Positions 1-11,415 are shown, counted from the stretch's first letter. The stretch is DNA of 64,000 nt from Dudresnaya verticillata (GCA_977862235.1 OZ374566.1:124001-188000), one strand, 5' to 3'. Notes: generated by a model not told the origin, from the letters alone. Numbers and translations are program-made.

Positions 1-557
1 GTCCGTGCACGACGCGTCGCGTCCAAGGCGGGGATAGCAACGCACCCTACCAGCCAAGTCGACGACACGCGCCGGCCACTTCAAACTACCACTCCAAGGA
101 CGAGTATACGAAATGTCAACGACGAACCGACTCCGCAAAAATCGACGTCGCGGGGCATACGCCGAGCGCGGACAACGAGACCGACAAGGCGCGACGTGCT
201 GCCCCTAACGTCATAGACGAATTAACGAAATGCCTCGCTCCCGAACAAAGTCGATGACGGCTCCCTAAGAAATGGCCGACCGAGTCGTTAAGTCGTTCAC
301 ATCAGCCGTCACAAAGAAGGCGACTTACGGTAACAACGCACACAGCTGCCTTCTCGGCCGAAAATGCGTTTCGAACGGTCGAGCAGGCATCGACCGCGGA
401 CGCAAGTGCAACCGATTCAACTACAGGGGAGCGACAGGGTGAGACGCGAAAGTAACGGATGTTTAATACGCAGATGCGCTCGGTAACATCGCTTCTATTT
501 ACTTCCGCTTACTTACGCTAACTGTGGGGCTGCGGCAGCATCGCCGCCACTGGACTC

Positions 558-2837
558 TTACTTCCCCGCTTTTGGCGCACCTAAGTCGCTGGCATCATCG
601 CCCTCGGCGGATTCGCGAAGGGCTGCCTCGTAGCCATCATCATCCGTCGGAGACGTAGGAGCTGGACAAGGCGGCGTGGCCGCGGGCCGCGAGGCGCCGG
701 CCACCGTCGCCGCCTTCGCAGTAGTGTCCACTTGCGCCTTAGGCGAGGCTTCGGGCTAGCTAGACGCCTTGGGCGTGGGAATGACTGTCGCAGCCGCCGG
801 CTTCGGCGACCGTGAGGCCTCGTCCGCCACCGGCGTCGAGCGCAAAGCAATCGCCTTAGGCGTTAACAGGGCATCCTTGCCCTTCGCTCCAGGCGTCTTC
901 GGAATGCTAACCACCTTCGGCGCAGGTTCCGAAATGATCGCCTTAGGCGCGTCGGGAATTTCCCCCGTCGATGACGTTGGGACAACCTTGCTCGCCATAG
1001 GCGTTTCGCCACTGGAAGGCATCGTCGTAGACGAAGAGCCCACCGCGCTCCCGCCATTAGGCGCCGTAACCGGCGGGGCCGTTGACCCCCGCGCAGGTGT
1101 GGCTATCGAAGTTGGAACCGTCGCCAAGACGCGAGCCCACCAATCCGAGGGCGAACCGCTCGGGTCGCTAGGCTCGACGCCGGCGGCCCGCAGTAGCGAA
1201 AGGACCACATCGCGCTGCGCGGCGTTCCAAGTCGGCACAGCCGGAGGTACTGTAACACCGTCTTGGACGCTTGGAACTGATGGCGATGACCCTGCAACGA
1301 CCGCTGGTGTTTGCACCGGGGCAGCCATGACAGCGTCATCATCATCGTCAGCGACGGCTACGTTCCCCTCGTTGGGAGCAACCGCCACTGGCGTAGGAGA
1401 CGGCCCAGCCGCAATTGCTACATCCGACGCCACAGGCGATTCTACAGCAGAAGCTGACGGCTCAACCGCCATAGGCGTCGCGAAGCCCGTCCCAGACGTG
1501 TGCACCCCGGCGGTGGCAGCGTGAAAGGCGTCCTACTCGGCTGTTAACATGACCAAGTGAGGGGGGAAAATCTCCGACGAAGTCGCACGAGGGCAATAGC
1601 CCACGAGGATGATCCGACGGCACGAACCGGTTCATACGTCGATGACGTTCCGCAATGCTTTCCGTCGTTCGACGTTTGGTCCAGGGATTGTACCAAGCCC
1701 AGTCGCCACAGGCGTGATGGTTGTGACTCATCGCGAAACGCGGACGCCTCGCCTTCCGGCGGCTGTTCTCCAGCGGGCGACTGCTGCGGTATCCCAGCCG
1801 ATCTCACTCGCCACTTGGCGTAAGTCCTAGAATTCCCGGAGGTTCCGCTGACCGCCGAGTGTCTCGGTGAGATCTAAGTCGTTGAAGAACGCTACAATGC
1901 GCGGTGGGAGGTAGTACATCCGAAAGGTATCGTACACCTCCCACAGCCACGCATAAGCAGTGTTGGCTACCTACTCCGTCTGGAAGACGATCCACCACCG
2001 CGAATACAGGTTCACAACGAGCTCAGAGCCCAGATACGTGACACACGGAGGCAATTCTGCTGCGAAACTCTCGCACACTTCCATCTCACGCCACTGTGGC
2101 GGCAACTTGACGAAACAGTTCGAAACCTTTGTACGCTCCAAGCGGTCGATTTGTGTATCCTGGTACGGAACCAACACGCCATTGCGGTGCCGGGACTCAC
2201 ACTCCCAGCGAATGCACCTCTCCCAGTAGAACGTGCCCGCCCGGTGGGAACAGCGAAATTCCGCTCGCAAGCGCACACCCATCACCAAAACATCGTCCCG
2301 GACGCGAGCGTCCAACGACGGCGTAATATGCGTCAACGGCAATTCTGCCAGACGGCATCCATAACCGGCCTCCCTTTGTGTGCGGAAAAACGCCGCTTCA
2401 AGTCCCAATGACAACGGGACCAAGTCAGTCCCCGGGAACCGAGAAAAACGGCCATATACGTCAACGACGAAACGGGCATGCGCATCTTCCCGCGACTGGC
2501 CCGGGTGTGCATACACCCACTATTTCGGAATCGCGCAACGCGTTCGCCACTCCGTCGAATAGACGACAGTCAGGGGGAGTTCCCCCGGCAACATATCGCC
2601 GATGGCGTAATGCGCAATTAGCGCTTCGTTCCGTAACGCGGCTGGGTCGAACCACGGCGCCCTCGAAAAGAGGCGCGCGTGGTTACGCGGATTTCTTCCG
2701 ACAAAGTCGTGCAGCGACGAGTACACCGGCATCGATGAAGGGGGCGCAATCTGCGCCCCATCGTACTCAGGCATTACGTCAACGACGGGAACTTGAGCGT
2801 ACGTCACTGACGATAAGGGACTCAGCGTCCAGTGCAA
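558..2837 (-). pseudogene. Decayed retrotransposon-associated accessory ORF (homolog of 5469-8027), with a Pro/Ala/Thr-rich C-terminal tail
   Basis: ORF pieces 2520..2837, 1971..2516, 1462..1731 and 756..1505, plus an in-frame extension to TAA at 558-560. They are separated by TAG stops (2520, 1971, 1827, 756) and frameshifts. Colinear motifs match the 5742 ORF: PGQSRED/AGASREE, RWECESRHRNGVLVP/RFERKQRHKTGCLIP, CVTYLGSEL/IIAYLGLEM, GDWAWYNPW/GDWVDFDPQ. Confidence 0.7.
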
Positions 2838-3608
2838 TAACGTCGTCGACGAGGGGATGACACGCGCGCCTTGGACGAAACTCGCCGAACGTCAACGACG
2901 GAAGCTGACGACCCCGACACACCACGTCCACGCACGCCGCGGGCGCAGAATGGACTTCGGTCGCTACGACGCTGAAAGTGAGACGACCGCTTTGGGCGCA
3001 GATGATTGATCACCAAAACGGCAACGCCGAGAGAACGCAAACGCGAAGGTTGAGGCAACGAATGGGTCGATGGATGTGTTCGCGTCTAAGCGGGGGGTCG
3101 TGTGGCGCACGGGGGGTCGAGCTTTTATCTCCTCGCCATGGGCGTCAAGGGCCTCGGCGACCGACGGACGGTCGCCTGAAACGGCTCATTCGCCGTTGGC
3201 GCGAACACGTCATCGACGATTGGCCTACGGACGCGCGGGCGCCGCCACCCAGCGCAGCGCACGCCCGACGCACTGTACGGCGCAACGCTGCAGAGCGGAT
3301 CCGGATGATGCATCGGGATCAACGAGGTGCAAGGAAGTCGACTGTCGGGTGGCCCGGATCCCGATCGAATCCGGATCCGACATCCCGATCGGACATCGGG
3401 ATCCACTGTAAGGGAAACGCGCCTGTAATACGTGTCAATCGCGATCCGAATCCGGATCGCTTACATGCGCCGTGCGAGCGCGCCTCTGTGAGACGCACGC
3501 GCCGACGCACAGCGGCTGCATTGTCCCGGGACGTGTCAGACACACCTCCACGCGACACGCGTCCCGGGTTCCCACGCACTGCGTCATGCAGCCGCTGCAC
3601 CGCGGCTC

Positions 3609-4771
3609 TATAGTACTACTTAGGTACCTCGTCCAGGACGTAACAGTAAAGCCCCGGCAAGCCGGTTTGGGTCTAGACTTCCCTTCCGCGACAGAGCGCA
3701 CCCTACCGCTGCCCGGAAGCATAAGCGTCTACCTATCCATGTTTCCACGTTCCTACCCGTTGCTAACATGTTTCCTTTTGGGTTTCTTTGCCCCTTTGTC
3801 CGCTCGCCCTGGGAGTTTACAGTCCGCCCTAGGCGTGTTCTACCTGCTCTACCCAGTTCGCTACTAGCGGCTACCCACCGGGCTCCCGAACGGCCCGGAG
3901 GCGTTCTCCGTCTTCAACACGACGTTTGCACGACAGCGGGGACTTCCTCCGGGCTCCTCAACGGTAGGAACCGTATTATACTCGTGTTTTCTCAGGATGC
4001 ACGGAAAACCTGGTGAGGTAGTCTCACTCCGGGCGTCACTCCGCCGTGAGAGGGTAGTTCTAAAAATGGATAAAACCGTAAAACGAACTTGTGTGCTTGC
4101 TCACAGATTTGACGTTACTCTGGAGCTTAACGTGAAGCGTAGAAACCGTCGACAGTAAGACGACTACGGTTTTGCCCTTCGAGAGGTTGGAACCTTGAAA
4201 ATCAACGGACACTCCGTCCTGGCGTGACTTCTCGATTGGGCCTGTCGATGGCAAGGTAGAAAAAGGGTCCGGCCTTGAGAACTTGTTCTAGGTCGGGCGA
4301 CCACTGTAGTAGAATGGCCCTCGGCCAGGTAGTCGGCGATAAAACGGCGCAACAGCTGTCCTGGGGATAAACACTCACGGTGGGCGGTAGCTCAAAGGAA
4401 AAGAGAAAAAGGGGTGTGGTAGAGACTGTAGTAGAATGGCTTTCAAGCCAGAGTAGACGGCCACACAGCACGACAGCTGTCCTGAAACCGTGATCCCACT
4501 CGCGTGGTTGGTAGCTCCAAAAGGGGTGGTAGAGATTTGAGAGGGCGGCAAGCCCTGCAAAAGAGAGGGGAAAAGGGAAGGCGAACCGTACTGCTTAGAG
4601 CAGTCGTCGTAGGTAGCACGGCTTGTAAACGCCTAACGGGGGTTGTAGCGGTGATACCGTGAGAATTCAACAAAGGGGAAAAACCCAAGGCACACACCGC
4701 TGCCCGTTTAGTGCGGGGCCCCTGCTGCTCAGGGGCCTAATAAATACGGCGGGAGCCGAAAACGTACTACC
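3609..4771. mobile_element. Putative solo LTR (~1.16 kb)
   Basis: Ends TATAGTAC...GTACTAC(C) resemble the TGTAGTA...TACTAC termini of the solo LTR at 10643. Flanks GGCTC/CGCTC look like a 5-bp TSD with one mismatch. Non-coding, with an internal imperfect duplication. Confidence 0.4.
4303..4534 (+). repeat. Two imperfect ~110-120-bp direct repeats inside the putative LTR
   Basis: ACTGTAGTAGAATGGC occurs at 4303 and 4425. Each copy is followed by ACAGCTGTCCTG, GGTAGCTC and AAAAGGGG..GTGGTAGAG. Confidence 0.8.
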
Positions 4772-5741
4772 CGCTCAGTTAGAGCTATAATGCTAACAGT
4801 GAGCTAATACTGTACACTAACAGTTACACTAGCGATTAAAAATAGGAATGAGCGGTCATACCGCTTCCGTACGTACGGCGTCCTTGTAAGGCGCCACGCC
4901 CAAAATGGACGTGCCATCATGGCGGGTATACACCACTCAGCGCGCAAAGTGCTCACACAGTTAATTGTCCAATGGCGAACAGCCATCTCACTCCTGTATC
5001 CCGCGCCTTACAGGCATCACGTGTACACGTGGCTCCTTACAGCGCCCCAGCGCTCTTTATACCACACGGCCCCCTTCTTAAAACTGAGCGACCGCGCTCA
5101 GTCAAGAGTTGTACAGCGATGCTGTTTCCAAAGTCGGTGGCCGTTGAGATTGAGGTCTCGAGCCGTTCATTGGCCCGGCGCGTGCGTTTTGCAAACGCCT
5201 CCCAGCGCCCCGTCTCGACGAGGCGCCAGGTCACCGTGTGCACGGCTTGAGCCGTCGGCGTCGTCGCGACCGGTATCGATTGCGCGAAACGTCAGACGGG
5301 CGCACGATTGTTTCAACGCTGGCTTGCGGCCATCTTTTCTTCTCGGTACCCACACCCACCAACAGCCGTAGCGCTTCACCCAACCGCCCGGGTTCTGCTC
5401 GTTGCATCGGCCCCGCTTGAGCGATTTCATCATTTGCGGTTTTCACCGTTGCACACCGGCGCCCTGCGTTGAGCCCTACGACCTCCGCCGTGCGCGCCCC
5501 GATCTTCCCGGCTCACAGCCGTTTTCTCAGGTCGTGCTCGCCAGTCGCTGGACCTGGCTCTGGAGCCGACGTTCAGGCAGAAGAACGGCTTCCGCGCCGT
5601 AGAAGTAATCAGGTCGCGCTCACTACCCCTTCGGGGTCAGTTCTGGAGCCGACGCTAATCAGGAGAAAGGTCTCCGAACCTGTAGAAGATTGATCAGGGA
5701 ACGACTTCCAAGCCGTTGGCATTCTCGCGCCTTGTATCGAG

Positions 5742-7352
5742 ATGGCGCCGCCACACTTGGCGTATGGAGCCGCAGGCTCTAGCGTGAATGTCTTGGGACA
5801 TGAGGTGGACGCGGCTGGCGTGCCGATAGCGATCTCCAACAGCCGCGACTGGATGCTGCGTACCGACCTCACACATCTGAAGATGCAGGCGGGAGCTAGT
5901 CGCGAGGAGGTCCGTCGCATCGGTGGTCGGACGGCTCAGAGTCGCGTTTGGAATCGCCATATGCGTACCCGCGTGGGTATTCTGACTGCCACAAACCGAT
6001 TATTACCGCGTCTCGATGGCGATTCCGCCTCCCTTCAGTGGGACCTGGCCTATGTGCGCTTCAGGCACGAGATTGCTTGGAGCAATAACGTGACTCAAAA
6101 GTTGACTTCACAAGCCGAGATGTTGTATGAGGTCCACCAGAGCGGAGACTGGGACTTACGGCTGGTCATGCATGAGCGTCCACTCATTCGGCCAGGTAGG
6201 GATAACTTCCCGTATACGATGGCCCGCGTTGTGCGGTGGGATGAGTCATACAACTTAGAATATGCCTTGGATAACCCACAGACGGCTATGCCGTTGGAAC
6301 ATTCCCGCTTCGAGCGGAAGCAACGCCACAAGACCGGGTGTCTAATCCCTTGTCACTGTCAGGAGGTGACGGCTATCAAGCCGGAGTGGTGCAACGGAAA
6401 ATATCCGCAAGTACCTGATGACCATAAGAACTTTGAGGTCTCATACTCCATGCTGGTCGGGACTCCGACGATTATAGCATATCTTGGTCTCGAGATGATG
6501 GCGAAAGCCATGGATGACAGTGTGCTTTGGAGCACTTACCGCCACGAGTGGGTAGTACTCGTCGTGCAGACCCTGGTATATGAGGCCCGGCGAGGCCTGT
6601 TGTACTTCATCGGTCAACCGTTGCGAACCGCTATTCGGGCTTTAGGCCCTAAGGAGCTTACCGCGGATGTCGACGACGCGAAGTACTTGGAAGCCCTGTT
6701 GATCTTCATCGAGCGCATTCGCTGGAGCGAGATTACAAAGCGTAATAGACATCTCCCAGAGAACACTGGCCACTGTACGCCGGTTTACAACCGTGGCGAC
6801 TGGGTCGATTTTGATCCGCAGAAGTGGCATCCAATGCTGCCGGAATATCTCATACAGCCGGAGCCATCCGAGGCGAATCCACTCATCCTGGACGAGGGTA
6901 CTCGTATAACCGGAGTTACAGCCGGTTGGGTTTGTTCCTGTTGGCGTAAACCAGGTCCCGAGACCCCTGAGCAAGTTCCCGTCTTCGACGAGACTGTTGG
7001 TGGACAGCCACAGGGACCTCATGCCCCGCCTGCCATGGGCTATTCGAAAGCCGACCACGTTATTAGAGACGTCTTCAATAGGCGTGGCTTAGCCATCCGG
7101 CTTGCTTGCCATTGGAATATGCGTCATCTCAACATACATAGTCTGGCAGACTGGGTGGAGGAGGTCATGGTGGACTATGAGTCCAATTGGTTGCAGATGC
7201 TGGGTCCGGCCGACGAGATGGAGCGTCTGCGGGCTCACTTCGCCGCCCTCCCTCCTCTGTCGGGCCGTTCGCGAGTTGGGGACGTGAAGCCGCGTCGCGG
7301 TATTGGCCACGCTGGTGCGCCTGGCATCAAGAAAGAGTCGACTGGAGTCTAA
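5742..7352 (+). CDS. Unknown retrotransposon accessory protein, antisense to gag-pol (536 aa core)
   Basis: Long ORF with globular composition lying 3' of pol on the opposite strand. It is in frame with 5469..5693 upstream (TGA at 5691) and 7374..8027 downstream (TAA at 7350), so the ancestral ORF was probably ~5469-8027. A homolog lies at 558-2837. Confidence 0.7.
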   Translation: MAPPHLAYGAAGSSVNVLGHEVDAAGVPIAISNSRDWMLRTDLTHLKMQAGASREEVRRIGGRTAQSRVWNRHMRTRVGILTATNRLLPRLDGDSASLQWDLAYVRFRHEIAWSNNVTQKLTSQAEMLYEVHQSGDWDLRLVMHERPLIRPGRDNFPYTMARVVRWDESYNLEYALDNPQTAMPLEHSRFERKQRHKTGCLIPCHCQEVTAIKPEWCNGKYPQVPDDHKNFEVSYSMLVGTPTIIAYLGLEMMAKAMDDSVLWSTYRHEWVVLVVQTLVYEARRGLLYFIGQPLRTAIRALGPKELTADVDDAKYLEALLIFIERIRWSEITKRNRHLPENTGHCTPVYNRGDWVDFDPQKWHPMLPEYLIQPEPSEANPLILDEGTRITGVTAGWVCSCWRKPGPETPEQVPVFDETVGGQPQGPHAPPAMGYSKADHVIRDVFNRRGLAIRLACHWNMRHLNIHSLADWVEEVMVDYESNWLQMLGPADEMERLRAHFAALPPLSGRSRVGDVKPRRGIGHAGAPGIKKESTGV

Positions 7353-7373
7353 GATGGTGATCCTCGTGCCAAC

Positions 7374-8027
7374 ATGAGCGACAACCCCGCAGCGATTCCG
7401 CGTGAGGAGTCGTCCGCCACCGCCGTGCAGACCGCAGCTACAGCTGTTAAATCTGGTACCACGCCTCCGATGGCGGTCGTCTCAGCTTCTACTGCGATAG
7501 CAACAGGCGGGGCTCCGACCCTTGGAGCACCAACTACGGGTTTACCCGGCTTCGCCCCCGTGGGCGAGTTCCTCGGGGCAGACTTCCCTCGCCGTGGCTC
7601 TCAAGCCACGAAGGAAGTGTTGACCGGGGTTGCCGCAGTCGTACCTGTGTCACAGGATAAGGAAACTGCGGGCTCAAAGCTCGGTGTCGATGGCCAGGAT
7701 GGCGCTTCTCAAGCGAATAAGGTCGCAACCTCCTCGGACGACGTAATTGTCAAGACCGAATTAGTCATCAAGGAGGAAGACGAGGTACAGCCCGCTGCAA
7801 GCGGTGTATTAACGAGTGACTTAGACGCTATGGACATCGATGCGACAGCGACTGGCAGTCGGGTTGCCAATGAAGGAGCGGGGACCGGGCTCGGTCGGGG
7901 CTCCCGCCGCTTGGGACGTGGACGTCGCATGATACGCGAAGTGCGTCGTGTCGTCATTTCTCATACGGCTCCGCAGCCGGACCCGCCTCTCGGCGAGGAC
8001 GAGGTCATCGAACTGTTGTCCGATTAA
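7374..8027 (+). CDS. Low-complexity C-terminal segment of the accessory protein (or a separate small ORF)
   Basis: Same frame as 5742..7352, starting 21 nt after its stop. Ala/Thr-rich and disordered, with a basic RG/RR patch and an acidic end EDEVIELLSD. Confidence 0.55.
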   Translation: MSDNPAAIPREESSATAVQTAATAVKSGTTPPMAVVSASTAIATGGAPTLGAPTTGLPGFAPVGEFLGADFPRRGSQATKEVLTGVAAVVPVSQDKETAGSKLGVDGQDGASQANKVATSSDDVIVKTELVIKEEDEVQPAASGVLTSDLDAMDIDATATGSRVANEGAGTGLGRGSRRLGRGRRMIREVRRVVISHTAPQPDPPLGEDEVIELLSD

Positions 8028-9020
8028 GCCCCCGTGCTTACGTAGTGGCTAACAGCCAATGTTGTTCACCTTACTTGAGTAAGAGCGGCTTAACCGCTAA
8101 AGTAAAGCCTTGAGATTTTTGTTTGTATTATTACGGCTGACAGCCGGCTTAGTCCACGCCCGATGTTTCCTTTATCCGGGGCCTCATCGAGGTGATGACG
8201 CTGCTTCTGATCACCGCTTGCAGAGCCTGTAGCTAGCGTTAACACTTTGACGCAAAGGACTTCCGTACTCTTTGGAGGAGTTAGGCATCGAAGCTTCTTG
8301 CTGATGCCCAGGCATCATGGTGCCACGGCGCACGCGCCGTGGCGTGAAACACCGAGACGAATTTGATTCGTGCTTCAGTCCGCCTCCAACCTTCAGTTGA
8401 CCAGTCGAGAGGGCGCCAGCAAGGACCATGTCACCTCTACAGTAGAACGCAGCGACACTGTAGAGGGGCGCTATTTGGCGCCAATTCACGTGACTCTTCG
8501 CTAGACGAAGTTTGATTCGCGTAAGAATTCCCTAACGAATTCTGATTCGCGCCTAGATCCGCCTCCCTCACACCTGTGAGGCTAGGGATCGCCTCGGCGC
8601 TGGCGCACGGTCAATTTACTTTGGTCAACGGCAAGGGCTGTCATGGACTGCGCGGTTTTCCGCTTTTGTCACTAGAGGAGAGCCGAGTTGCTCTTTTGAC
8701 TTCAACTCCGGCAAGGCGTTCAACTCCGGAAATGTGATCAGCAGCCGTATGCCTAAGAGTGGGTAGGTGTCATCCCCCTGCAGCGGTCTAGGCGATAGAT
8801 CAATAACGTGATCACAGTGTCCGACGCGGGTAAATATTCCCAATGTGCTTTGACCACATCATATTGTAACTGCTCAGCGCCCTGCCTTAACAACGTTAAT
8901 TGCTACTGTAGTAGTCCACACCACCCTTTTCATCTGCTTTGCCCACGGGTCATATGCCGTCCAAGGGTCCTGAGCCCTATACCAATCGATTGGGTGGTCG
9001 TCCAGCCTTGAGTCTCCAAC

Positions 9021-9180
9021 TCATCTATCCATTTCCTTCAACTTCCAATTCATCTATCCAAATGTTTCCAAACATCTATCCACATCTGGAGCTTCTGCCC
9101 ATCTACCCAGCTTGAACTTCCAGTTCATCTATTCCCGCATCTATCCAAGGTTTCCAGCCTTCTGTTCATCTATCTACTTC
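9021..9180 (+). repeat. Degenerate CATCTATCC minisatellite in the retroelement 3' non-coding region
   Basis: CATCTA(T/C) occurs at 9022, 9051, 9073, 9100, 9126, 9138 and 9167 in pyrimidine-rich spacers. Confidence 0.8.
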
Positions 9181-9369
9181 CAGTGCCCGAGGGTTTTAAC
9201 CCGGTTCCAGTTATACGTATATATATACGTCCATATATAGATATGTACACAGGTATAAGTCTGGCTTTGTTACAATAGGGTTTTGATCCGCAATCGAAAT
9301 ATGCGCCCCATTATCGCCTAAGGCTTGTGCCTTCCGTAATGTTACAATTTTCAGAGGGCTAGAGCCCCA

Positions 9370-10113
9370 TTATGATTCCGGAGGGGGAATTCGTCTCGCA
9401 CGGTGGTACCGTTTGACTAGGTTGGCCGGGAGATGCGCTCGCGGCTCCCACATGTCTCCCGACGCGGGGGATTGGTACCAGAGCACCTTATAGAGTCCCG
9501 AATCCGAGTCGTAGTCAACCAGTTTTTCATAAACATACTCTCGTGGCGGGGCTTTCTTGAAGCGCGAAAACTTACGACGCGGAGTCGTCTCATCTGCACT
9601 AGGGGGGGTCAGTTCGCCAGGTGCTTGAGGAGGGCTTATGCCCTGCGTGACCGTTGGCCCCGTATCGTTTAGGCCAGACTTTATGATAGCCTCATCGCTC
9701 GGGGGTACTGCGGCAGAAACCGGGCCAGAGCCATTATCGATATCCTCGATCACTTCCCGCGGAGGGGCGACAGTCTGCGCATTTGCGTGTTCCGCGCCCG
9801 CTCCTAGCGGCTCCTCTCTTATAATGTTCGGCGGTTGCACGACGCCTGGACCATTGGAGAGTATTGACTCAAGGGGTGGTTCTGCTGGCTCCACATTTTC
9901 AGGAGTGGCCTCCACAATGGGGGGAGCTAGCCCTAGAGCTCCAAGCTCTTCTTCCGGTGATGGGGCCAGAGTGATACGGTCCAGAGAGACTGATGCTCTT
10001 TCTCCATTCCTTTCCAACACGACAGTGTGCGTTCCTCTCTCGAGGATCTTGTACGGGCCGAGAGCCTTTGGAAACAACTTTCCTTCCCGTGCCACGCCCT
10101 TGGCGTCTTTCAT
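9370..10113 (-). pseudogene. Integrase C-terminus: GPY/F motif and chromodomain
   Basis: KLFPKALGPYKI and EYVYEKLVDY...YKVLWY...MWEPRAHL. Frameshifted from the integrase core at a (GA)n run near 10120-10130. Confidence 0.85.
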
Positions 10114-10642
10114 TTTCGTCTCTCTCTCTCAAGAAATACCCAGTTACCCGGGCGTAACTTATGATTAGTCAGTCGCATACGATTGTTGAAGTTGACTTCA
10201 TATCGCTGTTGTGCCATGCGTAGGCGTGACAACGCTGTATCCATCAGCTTCTCGAGTCGCGCGGTTAACCGCTTCTTCACATTAACCGCTGGCACATTCG
10301 CAACGTCTACCGTCTCTGCTTTCTCCATTAAAATTAAAGTCGGCGGGTTGGATAGAACCAAGTCAACGGGCGCGAGACCCGTCGCACGATGAACGGTCGT
10401 GTTATATGCGTACGTCAGAGCAGACGTGAATTCATCCCAATCTTTTTGGTCTTCAGTAATGAAATGCCTCAACCCTGCCAACAGGGTACGATTAAATCTT
10501 TCGGTTTGTCCGTTCGTCTGTGGATGATAAGTCGACGTAAACAGATTCCGAATCTTGACAATGCCGCAGACGGCTATGAAGAACTTAGACGCAAACTGCG
10601 AACCATTGTCCGACAGGACATAACGGGGAGGCCCGTAGGTGT
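10110..10642 (-). pseudogene. Integrase catalytic core, 3' part
   Basis: TYGPPRYVLSDNGSQF...YHPQTNGQTERFNRTL carries the second D and the E of the DDE triad. Confidence 0.9.
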
Positions 10643-11415
10643 TGTAGTATAGCTGTCGCCACACTATCAGCAGCGGCTGTAAGGTATGCTGGCAAAGCCG
10701 TACTGTAATGGTGCACACGATGACGCCCGCTGTCGAGTCGTGGTTGGGCAGCGTGCCCTTAGTTTTTTCGTTGAATTAGTAGCGGTCGACCGCATTGCTG
10801 CCGGCAGCGGCTGCGCGCCGTGCCGCACACGGCGCGCCCCTGTGACGCTCTCCGGCATCGAGCCGTTGAGAGGGCCACTGCCCGTTTCGCCCCGCGCGCG
10901 CCCACGGGTAACCGTTACCCGGACGTGTCGACACGTGTATGGGCGCGCGCTGGCACACCTCCCGCGTTGGTGTTGTGGGGCGCACCTACTGTAGAAGTAG
11001 TCATAGTGCACATAGTGTAGGGTATTTAATACCGTCGGCCATCGACGGCTCAGTAAACCGGGCAAGCAACAGCTGGCGCTGAAGCTTGCCCCCAGCCTTT
11101 TCCGGTTCGATCCCTTTGCCTTACGCCAGCGGGCGGTTTCCCCTTTTCCCCTTGCCTCGCTAGGCTTTCCCCTTTCCTTTTCCTTTCCGTCGGCTTCGTG
11201 CCGCCCTTCGACAGGGACGCTGGGATCCGGCCGCTGCCTACCCGCGTACGGTACGCCCCGTGCACGCTCCGGCATCGACGCCGTCGATCTGCACCTCCGG
11301 GGCGCACGCGGCCGACACCGCTCTACCAACCCCAACAGCTACCCATCGACGGGTCTGTGTGGCGGCTTCGGACCAGCAAGTATCAGACGTCGGATCGACC
11401 CGACGTCTATACTAC
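10643..11415. mobile_element. Solo LTR (773 bp) inserted into the integrase gene
   Basis: Termini TGTAGTATAG...CTATACTAC; GGTGT is duplicated at 10638-10642 and 11416-11420. Removing the insert plus one GGTGT restores integrase HWIYTYGPP in frame. Confidence 0.9.

Noticed and set aside
769..1524. 251-aa plus-strand ORF
   Set aside because: Antisense shadow of the low-complexity tail of the minus-strand pseudogene.
5742..7352. env-like gene
   Set aside because: Antisense orientation, with no signal peptide or TM anchor.
10667..11335. 222-aa ORF within the insert
   Set aside because: No motif, and it lies inside a solo-LTR-like sequence.
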